64,000 nt of DNA, taken from contig JAANOX010000146.1 of assembly GCA_020184695.1 (NCBI GenBank), positions 1 through 64,000 of the forward strand, in the 5' to 3' direction. The notes beneath the pieces were generated by a model. That model worked only from the letters and a program-made list of their open reading frames with translations, made no database searches and was not told the DNA's origin. The position numbers and the translations under genes are program-made. Numbering within the stretch: position 1 is the first letter of the stretch; every line of letters begins with the position of its first letter. This document shows positions 33,370 through 43,519 of the stretch, piece by piece. Source of the DNA: Histomonas meleagridis 2922-C6/04-290x. Lineage: Eukaryota; Protista; Parabasalia.

Positions 33370-34710
33370 CTATATAAAGCCAACAACTTCTATAGAAGCT
33401 TCCACACCAACGATGTCTCTTTTTGCTCTTAATCTTTTTGCGTATTCCTCTGCTTCCTTCGTGCACTTAAACTGTGGGAACACATCTGTTTTCATTAATT
33501 TCATATTCTCATCGAACGCGTTATCAAACACAGTCGCGGATGGAACACTCACTTTTTTTATATCTTTCACCATATAATCGGGAATATTTATATGACGTGG
33601 ACCATTCGGCTCGATGTACAATCGCTTTATCTTTTCAAACGCTTCATTTATTTCTTTTTCTCTTGTTAATTTCCTAAATTTTTCGACTTCACGATAAAAC
33701 AGATATCCTTCAGGGCAGTACCTTTTTTGTAAATATTTCAAGAAAAGCTTACTTGCTTCTTTGTCTTTTAATAAATTCTCAAGCTTATCTAACGTTTCAG
33801 TGCCTAAGTTCCCTTCAGGAGGCTTAACGTACGCCAGCTGTATCGGCATGCCAAACGATATCAACATCGAGACGATACAGAGAACGATAGCAATGATCGG
33901 CGGAATAACCGTCGGGTGTTTGCCTTCGGTCCACCCGATGATGATGTAAAGGCCGATAAAGATGAACCAACAAATACCAATGGACGTGAGCTCAATGTTA
34001 TATTTTAACTCGTCATGGATTTTACGTATAAAGAAGACAGCAACCCAGAGGAAAATTTGAACAATTGTAAAAAAAAATAATACAAACCCCCAAAAAATAG
34101 TTGAGTTATATCGCGACTTGACTCCCCAGTGATTGACTGGATATACAATACATCGAACAAGACCGTATATAAAGGTGCCCAAAATAATAATCCAAAGATA
34201 AATTAAAAAGGCTTTGTCTGTAATTAAAAATCTTTTTTTGTTCTTAAGAGCATTAATAATTTTTGTGGAACATCGTGATTTTTCTGGATCAGAAGTTTCT
34301 GTTATTTCAGAATTGTTAATATGGTATATTATGATAAAACGTAAAGAGCGAACAGGATATGGGAAAAAATGGAGAGGTAACATAAACCAAATAAACCAAT
34401 GGTCAAAAAAATTATAAAATTTGTCAGGACCAACCATAACCTTTAATATCATTGTGGAAGCCATAAGATATTGACCAATAGCTGAAGAAAAAATTAGCCA
34501 AGGTGATCTACATCTGATATAAAATGAATTTCTGAGGCGAAAAAATAGGATTACATTAAAAATAAAAAAAGCTGTCCAAAGAACCCATAGTGAACAGAAA
34601 AATAAAGCATATGGGTTATATGCAAAATCTACGCTTAATGGAGGTGCATATTCGATTTCTTCACCCGACATTTTTTCATCGGACTTGTTACATGAAATAA
34701 TATTATTCAT
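33370..34710 (-). CDS. 7TM-RGS protein (multi-pass membrane domain fused to an RGS domain)
   Basis: About seven hydrophobic helices, then an RGS signature: LENLLKDKEASKLFLKYLQKRYCPEGYLFYREVEKFR...YIEPNGPRHINIP...FDNAFDE...MKTDVFPQF. Confidence 0.85.
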   Translation of the reverse strand: MNNIISCNKSDEKMSGEEIEYAPPLSVDFAYNPYALFFCSLWVLWTAFFIFNVILFFRLRNSFYIRCRSPWLIFSSAIGQYLMASTMILKVMVGPDKFYNFFDHWFIWFMLPLHFFPYPVRSLRFIIIYHINNSEITETSDPEKSRCSTKIINALKNKKRFLITDKAFLIYLWIIILGTFIYGLVRCIVYPVNHWGVKSRYNSTIFWGFVLFFFTIVQIFLWVAVFFIRKIHDELKYNIELTSIGICWFIFIGLYIIIGWTEGKHPTVIPPIIAIVLCIVSMLISFGMPIQLAYVKPPEGNLGTETLDKLENLLKDKEASKLFLKYLQKRYCPEGYLFYREVEKFRKLTREKEINEAFEKIKRLYIEPNGPRHINIPDYMVKDIKKVSVPSATVFDNAFDENMKLMKTDVFPQFKCTKEAEEYAKRLRAKRDIVGVEASIEVVGFI

Positions 34711-34907
34711 TTCTGACCATTTCAGTTTGAGAGAAAACTAAAATGACATTTTACGATGAGTAAACTTTCCAAAAATTCAGAAGATACAGTTATTTAGTCA
34801 AAATCTCAATGAACCAGAAGAATGACCTTGGTTACGTAAAACTGTGGTGATGTTCACATTGTTGAGAAAATTACTTTTTGAATACTTTATAACAATATAA
34901 ATTTACA

Positions 34908-34913
34908 ACGGTT
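34908..34913 (+). promoter_or_regulatory. Possible trichomonad M3/Myb-recognition-like core promoter motif (ACGGTT)
   Basis: Lies in the 300-bp divergent intergenic region, ~95 nt upstream of the CDF ATG. A hexamer match alone is weak evidence. Confidence 0.25.
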
Positions 34914-35008
34914 TTTTATATAGGATATTTGAATGACAGACTTAAACTTTTTAAAAGTAGGATTGAATACTTATTCAAAGCGATGAATCAATACTTTACA
35001 TAATCATA

Positions 35009-36430
35009 ATGCAAGATCAAGAAGAAAGTGTATCCTCATACTCTGATGGATCTCATTCATCAAATGAATACTCAAGCACCAAGTATTCAACATCTTCTTC
35101 ATCAACATCTTCTACTCATAAAAGTCACTCAAATGAAAACATATTTTGTCCTATTTGTCATGCAACAGTGAGCTCATTAGAAACATTCCAATGCTGCAGC
35201 AAATGTAAGGATGCACTTGATATAGCTCGAAATTTCAATCTTGACAATCTTCAATCTCAACAAATTTCAAATATGTACTCACCAGATCTTATAAATGAAG
35301 CATCCAATGCCATTTCTCAAGTTGATCCAGGACCTGGCTGTGGATGTTCCAAATCTGCACGTCGTCGACGAGGCATGCGTAAGTATTATACTTCATTAAA
35401 TTCCTGGATCGAAGAATTATCTGATCTTCAAAACGAAGATGATGGTGCTCTTATTGAGAAAGACAAGAACGAAGCCAGCTTCAAAGTCCGTTGTGCCACC
35501 ATCATGTCATTCTTCATCAATTTTTGTCTTCTTTGCGGCAAAGCTTTTGCACTTTCCACCTCCACCTCCAACACTCTTATCTCCTCGCTTGCGGATTCCG
35601 CACTTGATCTTGTAGCCGGTATCATTATTTCATGCAGTGCAGCACATTCCAAATTCACACGTGAAGATCTCATTAAGTATCCTGTTGGCAAGTCACGTGT
35701 TTCCACTGTTGGCATTTTAGTTTTTTCTGTTTTAATGAGTTGTTGTGCTGCATATATCATCATCGAGTGTGTCATGTCATTGATCAATCATGTCGTCGCA
35801 CCCAAAGCAACACTTGGCGCGGTCATTGTCATGTTTGTTACAATTGGCGTCAAACTTGCTATGTGGATTATCTATCGTTGTATCGGTCACCCGTTTACCA
35901 TCACATTATCAGAGGATCATCGTAATGACGTCCTGACCAATGCGTTAGGTCTCTTTATGTATTGGGGCGGCTCTGAGTTAGGCTGGTGGATGGATTCCGT
36001 TGGCGGTATCTTATTATCATTGTTTGTCTTAATCAGTTGGATCTTAAACGCAACTGAAAACGCAAAAATGTTAATGGGAGCGTCGGCGCCACCAGAAGTC
36101 AATCGCGCGTTGACTTATATTGCTGCACATCATCACCCGCTCATCCTCGGCGTCGAACAAGTTATCTCATTCCAAGTCGGCCCGCAATACTTCGCCGAGT
36201 TGCACATCGTTGTGCCCGGTCACATACCATTGGAAATCGCGCATTGGGTCGGAGAGTCATTGCAACTAAGGGTCGAAAAGCTGTCGTACATAGAGAGGGC
36301 GTGGGTGCACGTCGACTGCGAGGAGCACGACGAGAACGAGCACCTGCTGTTCATGAGGGCAACTGGGAAAATCGGTAAGCAAAAGAACACAGACGAGTCA
36401 GAGCAGACAGAGGTAGAAATACAGCCGTAA
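35009..36430 (+). CDS. Cation diffusion facilitator, Mn-CDF (MTP8-11-like) type
   Basis: SLADSALD (DxxxD), KYPVGKSRV, EDHRND (DxxxD) and a C-terminal dimerisation domain ELHIV...AHWVGESLQ...IERAWVHVD. Confidence 0.88.
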   Translation: MQDQEESVSSYSDGSHSSNEYSSTKYSTSSSSTSSTHKSHSNENIFCPICHATVSSLETFQCCSKCKDALDIARNFNLDNLQSQQISNMYSPDLINEASNAISQVDPGPGCGCSKSARRRRGMRKYYTSLNSWIEELSDLQNEDDGALIEKDKNEASFKVRCATIMSFFINFCLLCGKAFALSTSTSNTLISSLADSALDLVAGIIISCSAAHSKFTREDLIKYPVGKSRVSTVGILVFSVLMSCCAAYIIIECVMSLINHVVAPKATLGAVIVMFVTIGVKLAMWIIYRCIGHPFTITLSEDHRNDVLTNALGLFMYWGGSELGWWMDSVGGILLSLFVLISWILNATENAKMLMGASAPPEVNRALTYIAAHHHPLILGVEQVISFQVGPQYFAELHIVVPGHIPLEIAHWVGESLQLRVEKLSYIERAWVHVDCEEHDENEHLLFMRATGKIGKQKNTDESEQTEVEIQP

Positions 36431-37155
36431 CATGACAGCATAACCAACTGTTGTGTGGTGTCAATAAAGAACAATTCAGTTCACTTTTGTATATAATTTG
36501 ATTTACCATCGCTTGGATGAGCTGATGGAATACTGTTGGCGCCTTATTATGTGTGTAGTGAATTGTTTCAGCATATTAGAAAAGGAAATAAATGCACACG
36601 AAGTTTTGTTTTTTCGATCACATTGTTTTTAACTACTTCCTTTTGATGCAACTGTAAGAGTTGAGATCTTCTACATTTTAGGCAATAAATACCACTCGAG
36701 TGCAAGGATCATAATGATTTTTTACCCAAGCAATTCTTTGTATTTTTTTATAATTAGACAGTTTTTCATGGAGTCGTAGAACTTTCATCTATATTTATTA
36801 TCCTACATCCTGGTCGATGTAAGGAATGGGCTTCATTTTTTTCTTGATGCTGTGTTTCAAGTTGTGGCGTTGAAAAAAACAAAAAAATGAAATATCTTTT
36901 GCCCATTTTGGAATATAAACTTTGATAAGACTTGAGCACTCTTTTAAAGGTATAACACAAATTTGGTTTTCAGGTACAATATAGTTAGTAAAATTTCTAC
37001 ATTGTCTTCTACTCTATCTCGAATTTCGAAGTGCAACATTTGCATGCATTTTACAATGAGAAATTTAAAATTTTCAAATATGTTCAAACATAAGTGTATT
37101 CAATAAATACATTTAATTAAAATTTCTAACAAAGTTTAATTTTTATTATTTCATA

Positions 37156-37734
37156 TCAAGATAAAATGCATCTGCCGTTATTTCCATCTGGTTTTGGGAT
37201 TTGATTTGTTTGTTGATGATCATCAACAATTTCAACTTCGCAAATTTTTGTAAATAATGCTTCAAATGCATCATGAACATTTATATTTTCGCGAGATGAA
37301 ACTTCATAGAAAATAAGGTTCTCTTTTTTGCTCAGTTCAATTCCTTCATTTGTCGATACACTTCTATTTTCATCATCACATTTTGATCCGATAAGTATTA
37401 TTCTATCATTAACATCCCATTTTTGATGGATGTCGTTTAACCACTTTGGAATAGCCTCAAATGTTTCCCTACGGCTAATATCATACAGAAGAAATACTCC
37501 TTTTGCTCCTCTAAAAAAAACTTTGTTAACAGGTGTCGTTCTAAAGAGATCCCAAATCCGTACCTTAACAGTTTTGCCTTTGGTTTCTACTATTTTTGTT
37601 TCAAAATCAACATTAATGTTTTTTGTAATAAATTCATCTTTAGTAATACGGTTTAAAAATGCGGTTTTCCCCACACCACGTTCTCCACAAACAACAATTT
37701 TCCATAAGTAGTCTGGATCTTTTTTCTTTTCCAT
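37156..37734 (-). CDS. Divergent Rab-family small GTPase
   Basis: KIVVCGERGVGKT, VDFETK, FFRGAKGVFLLYDISRRETF, SKCD, EVSS and C-terminal CILS. Confidence 0.85.
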   Translation of the reverse strand: MEKKKDPDYLWKIVVCGERGVGKTAFLNRITKDEFITKNINVDFETKIVETKGKTVKVRIWDLFRTTPVNKVFFRGAKGVFLLYDISRRETFEAIPKWLNDIHQKWDVNDRIILIGSKCDDENRSVSTNEGIELSKKENLIFYEVSSRENINVHDAFEALFTKICEVEIVDDHQQTNQIPKPDGNNGRCILS

Positions 37735-37903
37735 TTTAAATTGTGATGTTTAACATGTACCTAGTCCATTCATATTAAACGGTCAACGATGTTGGGCAGC
37801 TTTTTTTTTATAAACGTATTTCAAATTGGGTTGACCAGTGTATCATTTAAAAAGTGAAGCTGATTCTGTCAGCAATATCTTATCGGTTGCGGGTATTTTT
37901 GAC

Positions 37904-37947
37904 CCTTTTCAAAAAATGCCTTTTTCAAAAAATGCCTATTTCAAAAG
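37904..37947 (+). repeat. Short 16-17-nt tandem repeat immediately upstream of the ankyrin B start
   Basis: ccttttcaaaaaatgcc tttttcaaaaaatgcc tatttcaaaa, ending ~5 nt before ATG 37953. Confidence 0.6.
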
Positions 37948-37952
37948 GTTGA

Positions 37953-40900
37953 ATGAGCGAAGTAATGATAAAATCGTTTTCAGACTTAATTTCGCTTAGA
38001 GAAATTATTAATAATATAAATAAAGCCAATATTGATATATCTGTTTCATCGTTATTCGAATTTTATGATAATTCTCATAAATATTCATTCAACATGACTA
38101 TATGTCGTTTTGTTTATGATTCATTTGCTGCTCGATTGAAAGATTTCGATATGGTTATTGCATTTTTGAATTTAATTGAAAAGGAGATAAATAAATACCA
38201 AGTTAAAATATTTGATGTATTTTCTCAATTCCTACGTGACAAGGATTCACAAGAATCAAATTACCTTCTTGCAAAGATGATAGAAAAAGGTTTAATTAGA
38301 ACCACAATTGCGATAAACAAAGGAAATTTATATTTTTCACATTATAAATCACTAACAGAATTTCACTCAAATGAAAAACTAAAATCTGATCGATTTTGGA
38401 AATACTTCTCTGAAAATATTGCAAACCTTTCAAAGAATGATTGGGAACTTCATAAAAAATTAGTCGAAGAAGGAGTTAATCCAAATAAAATTGCAAAGGC
38501 AATTCGATATGATGACTTAGCAAAACTTCAAGAAATAGCATCACAGCAAAAGTTTGATTTTAATCAAATCATTGAACCATCACTTTATGAAAGATGTTCA
38601 TATATTAATCAGGATAATGTTTCATTAATTAATTATGCAGCATTTTTTGGATCAATAAAATGTTTTAGATATTTACTTACGAATGAAGCAAAATTAGATA
38701 ATACAGGTAAATATGCTGTTGCAAGTGGAAATCTTGAAATTATTCATTTATGTGAACAAAATCATTCATCATTTGAAGGCGCATATGAAACAGCGATTGA
38801 ATTTCATCAAAATGATATCTTTTATCATATAAAAGAAAATAATTTGGCTGAAATGAAAGATGAATCCATTCTCGAAAAGATTTGTATTATGAATGATAAT
38901 TATGAAATTCTTCGATTTTTGAAAGAAAATAATATGAGCGTTTCTGAGGCATTAATAAAAGAAGCAATAAAAACAGGAGTTTTATTCTTGGCAAAACATT
39001 TTCTCGAAGGAAATAAAATATTTAGTAGTGCTTTAGCTGTAGCTGTAGGATCAAAAAACATTGAACTTGTAAAATATATTTTAAAGAGAAAAAATATTGA
39101 TATAAATGCATATGATTTTGATATAAAAATTTTGATGTTATATAATATTATTTGGATTTTTTTCTATAGATTTAAAACAGCATTGATGTATGCAGCAAGA
39201 ATTCCTCACCCAGAAATTCTTGAATTACTTTTATGCAGAATAAACCTTAATATTAATCTTAAAGATATCTACTTTCTATGTATAATGTTTGACTTCATAT
39301 ATTTGATATTTATTATAAACATTTGGAATTTATTTAAATAAAATAAAACTGCACTAATAATTGCATCTGAAAATGGCTACATTGAAAATGTTAAATTACT
39401 TCTTCAGCAAGAAAATATTGATGTGAATGCGTGTGACTTTTTTTTACATTATTTATTGTTTGATATGATCATTTAACGTTTTATATAAATATTACAAATT
39501 AATTGAAATAATTTCAAACAGCTTTAATTTTAGCATCTATGAATAATTACACTAAAATTGTTGAATTATTACTTCAATATGGAATTAGCTTTAATAATAG
39601 AACTATTTATTTATATATATTAAAGTTTATTCTTTTGATTCTATGATTTAATAAAATATTTGGGAAAAATATAACTTATTTTGGACAGCACTTATGTGGG
39701 CCACTTATAATAATAACACTGAAATTGTTAAATTGCTTCTTGAACTATCTGGAATAGATGTAAACACAAGAAATATTTATTTATTTGACTCCTTTTTTAT
39801 TTGAATAATTTTATATTTCAAATTAAAATATAATATTAATTTAGAAATTATAAAACAGCACTATCAATAGCATGTGAGAAAGGCTATATTGAAATTGTTA
39901 AGTTACTACTTCAGTTTACGTTAACTGATGTAAATGTTTTTAATATTTGTATGCTATTTTCAGCGTTGAATTTATTTATTTAATATTTAATCATAAAATT
40001 TGAATTTTATTTTTGGAGTTTCGAGTTTTAATTTAATTATTGGAATTGTATTTAAATATTTATATCACCTCTTATGTATGCATCTATACAAGGCTATTAT
40101 GAAATTGCTAAAATGCTTATAGAAAATAAAAAAATTATCATAAATGCCCAAGATATGTGTTAAGTTTATTTAATATTTATTCTAATAATTTACTATTTTT
40201 TCGATATATAAGGAAAATATTTCATTCATTTAGAACTGCATTTATGCATGCATTTGATAATGATCAATTTGAAATAATGAAATTACTTATTGAACAAAAA
40301 GGAATCAATTTTGATATTAGTAATATTAATTTATGTTATTATATATTAATTTCAATTTTTTATATTTTTTTATTATTTGGAATTTGTTTACTATATTTCA
40401 ATTATTACTTGTTAAAGCAGCATGTTTAGGTAAATTTGATATAATAAAATTGCTTTTGAAAAAGCGAAAAATTAATATCAATGCTAAAAATATTTATTTT
40501 TTATATTTGAAGATTATTATTGTAATATGAAATATTGTTATAACTTTTGGAATTTATTTTAATTACTTAAAACTTCAATAATATACGCATCTGAAAAAGG
40601 TTATACTGAAATAGTTGATTTGTTATTAATGTGTGGAGGATGTGATAATATTCAGAAATTTTCTATATTTATTTTGAAGTTTGATTTTTATATTCGAAAT
40701 ATCTTTAAAAATTTTAAAATTAATTAACATTTTTTGAAGAAGCACTTTCACTTGCATCTTTAAATGGTCATATTGATATAGTTAAAATACTTCTTGAACA
40801 AGAAGGAATAAATATTAATGCGAAAGATATTTAATAGTAATATTTAAAATTAATTCTATTTATTGGATATTCAAATATTTCATTTGAAGTTTTATATAAA

Positions 40901-41813
40901 AATTTAGTACAGCATTTATGAATGCTGCTGAAAATGGTCATATTGACATAATAAAATTACTTTTAAAACAAGAAAATATTGATATTAATGCTAAAAATAT
41001 TAATATCTTGTATACAAATTTTATTTTAAAGATATGAAGTTTAATAATAATATTTGGATTTTATGAAAAGTATTTCAAACTGCAATTATTTGGGCATCTA
41101 CTAATGGACACACTGATATAGTTAAATTACTTATTGAACAAGAAGGAATTGATATTAATTCAAAAGACCTTTATTTATTTTATATAATATTTAAATATTT
41201 GATTTGATATTTATTATTAATATTTGGTATAAACAATTTTTATTTTTTACAGCACTTATGTGTGCATTTCAAAATGGTCATATTGAAATTGCAAAATTAC
41301 TTATGAATAGAGTTGGAGTTGATGTCAATGCTAAAAACGTCTATTTTCATCATTTAATAATATTTAATAATAATATTTGGAAATTATTTATAATACTTGA
41401 ATCATTTCTTATAATATCTGCAAAAAATGATCATATTGAATTCGTTAAATTACTACTTGAACAAGAAGGAATTGATATAAACGTTAAAGATATTAATTTT
41501 ATTAACATAATCTTTTTCACAATAATTTGAAATTTTATTATAACATTTGGATTTTCATTAAATGATTTAATACTGCAATTATGAAAGCATCTGAAAATGG
41601 TCATATTGAAATTGTTAAATTACTTCTTAAACAAAAAGGAATTGATGTCAATGAAAAAAATATTTGTATATTTTATTTAATAATCATTTATAATATTTAA
41701 TATTTCAACAATTTTTATGGAAAATTTTACTATCATTTAATACAGCTTCGATGCTTGCTCTCGAAAATAAGCATAAGGACATTGTAAGAATCCTTCTTGA
41801 TTACGAAGAATAG
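37953..41813 (+). CDS. DUF3447-type ankyrin-repeat protein 'B', interrupted by 64 17-nt inserts; decoded length 923 aa
   Basis: A 388-codon N-terminal region is followed by 16 stop-free ankyrin modules. 3861 nt minus 1089 nt of inserts is 2772 nt, an open frame ending ...LLDYEE-TAG at 41811-41813. Confidence 0.8.
39117..41741 (+). other. Array of 16 linker regions built from (17-nt insert + 1 codon) x3-6
   Basis: Retained codons read DGK, NDGK, INQQ, KYGW, LYNK, SNERGI, NTGR, LFGQ, EEGK, EEKE, KDES, KEGQ, NDGF, NNGE, NEGN, NNGN. Confidence 0.9.
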
Positions 41814-42116
41814 AATATATAAATATCATTGCAAAACTTAATTAATAAATAAACATTCCTTAAGCTAATAAATAATGTAAAGTTTTCCATTATGTTGTCC
41901 TCATAATCTTGCAGCTTTAATTAAAGCTAGATATCATTTTCATAATCATATTTTGGTTAATTTATGAAACATACACATTTGAATCTTTATTTTCCAAACC
42001 CATTATCATTATATTTAATATATACATAACAACAGAAAAAACGTAAATAAATTAATATTACGCTTTAATGTTTATTATTAAATACAAATTCTATGTTAAA
42101 AAATACAATACAAAGT

Positions 42117-43385
42117 TTACACAAGATGAGTTCTTTTTCTCTTTTGAAAGACTGATTGCTTAGGTTTTCCTACGTTATTAAACAGAAAGAATGCAACAAT
42201 CCCAAATACGAATCCCACTGCCATAACAGGTGCCACGAGTTGAGCCAAAAAACTTTTAACTTTTGAAAGAAATTCATTTTGAGGATTTTTTATGCTTTCT
42301 TTAGCTTTTATATAACCAATTTCTTTTATTACGTAAAACTTAATAGCCGAAACGCAATTATCCGAATCAAAAACATTACCACTTTCGGAAATCAATGATT
42401 TGTTGAATTCCGAATTTATATTTCCTGAAAAACAACAATTTTTTACTGAGATTTTTTTGCCTTTTGGAATTGTACCAATCGAATAAAACTTATGCTCTTT
42501 ATCATGATAAAATGAGCACTTAAAAATTTCGCTTTTTTCTAATGCGGAATTCGAATGTATAGCAACTCCGATTCCTTTATGCATCACATTTGCTCTCAAT
42601 AAAACAAAAACAGAAAATCCAATCGAAAAAAAACTATCACTCATTAGTATCCCAGCACAATCATTACCACTCATACATTGATCAAAAATAGAATAACGTA
42701 TCGATAAACTACCCTTAAATATATCAAGAATTCCATTCATGTTCGATGAATAACTTGATGTAAAATTGCAATATCGAAATAAGAGATCAACATTCTCATG
42801 AAGAGCGGCTGAACCACCAATGCCATAAGGATATTGGCCAATGGAAGATGACCTAAAAATGGTTGTAAATGTCATATAAAAATGATTGGAATTTTTGGTA
42901 AAAATACTGCCGCCATATTTAATACTACGACATTCAAAGAAAGTTGTAGAGTCAGAGTTGACATCAGATGTACAGAAAATGGCACCGCCTGAGTTGGAAT
43001 GACATTTAGAAAAAAGACAATTATTTAATATGATACTTGAAACACAATGAATAGCACCACCATCGATAATATAGCAAGCACAACTATGGAATTCAGAGTT
43101 GTAACAACTTAAAATTTTATCAAAAAAAGTAATAGGTTGCTGATAAACTTTAATCGAATCAATCATGTTAGACTCAATACGAATTGCTGAATCTAAGAAA
43201 TATGAAAATTTTGATTTTTCAATATCTAATTTTTGGGAAATTGAAGAATAGAAAAATGGTTTAAAGAAGTTTGAAAATTTTGATGATACAACTCTTATCT
43301 GATTGATCTGTAAAACGTTTGGCATTGCCAGAAAAGGTGATGAAGAAAGACTTTTCAAATAAAGGGATAAAAGAGTTGCATTCAT
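42117..43385 (-). CDS. Pmp-like / right-handed beta-helix membrane protein
   Basis: Repeated GGAI/GGSI motifs with FxxC spacing, a hydrophobic N-terminus, and a C-terminal TM followed by a basic tail. Confidence 0.7.
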   Translation of the reverse strand: MNATLLSLYLKSLSSSPFLAMPNVLQINQIRVVSSKFSNFFKPFFYSSISQKLDIEKSKFSYFLDSAIRIESNMIDSIKVYQQPITFFDKILSCYNSEFHSCACYIIDGGAIHCVSSIILNNCLFSKCHSNSGGAIFCTSDVNSDSTTFFECRSIKYGGSIFTKNSNHFYMTFTTIFRSSSIGQYPYGIGGSAALHENVDLLFRYCNFTSSYSSNMNGILDIFKGSLSIRYSIFDQCMSGNDCAGILMSDSFFSIGFSVFVLLRANVMHKGIGVAIHSNSALEKSEIFKCSFYHDKEHKFYSIGTIPKGKKISVKNCCFSGNINSEFNKSLISESGNVFDSDNCVSAIKFYVIKEIGYIKAKESIKNPQNEFLSKVKSFLAQLVAPVMAVGFVFGIVAFFLFNNVGKPKQSVFQKRKRTHLV

Positions 43386-43519
43386 CTGAACTCATTAACA
43401 TTAACGGCCTCCTACATGGAGCACCCCAAAATAGTCTTGTAAGTACTTGCCTCATAATTAAATTTAAAAACTTTATCACAAACATTTACATTACAAAATC
43501 CATTATCTTCAACTGAAAA

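Noticed and set aside
31103-41741. Ankyrin linkers as ordinary spliceosomal introns or as one 68-nt intron each
   Set aside because: Most have no GT...AG ends or ACTAAC branch box. Stops occur at the 2nd codon and the 3rd-last codon of some linkers, so four exonic codons cannot come from the ends alone. The Gly codon sits internally at a fixed -23..-21, and the 63/60/120-nt variants fit 17+3 units.
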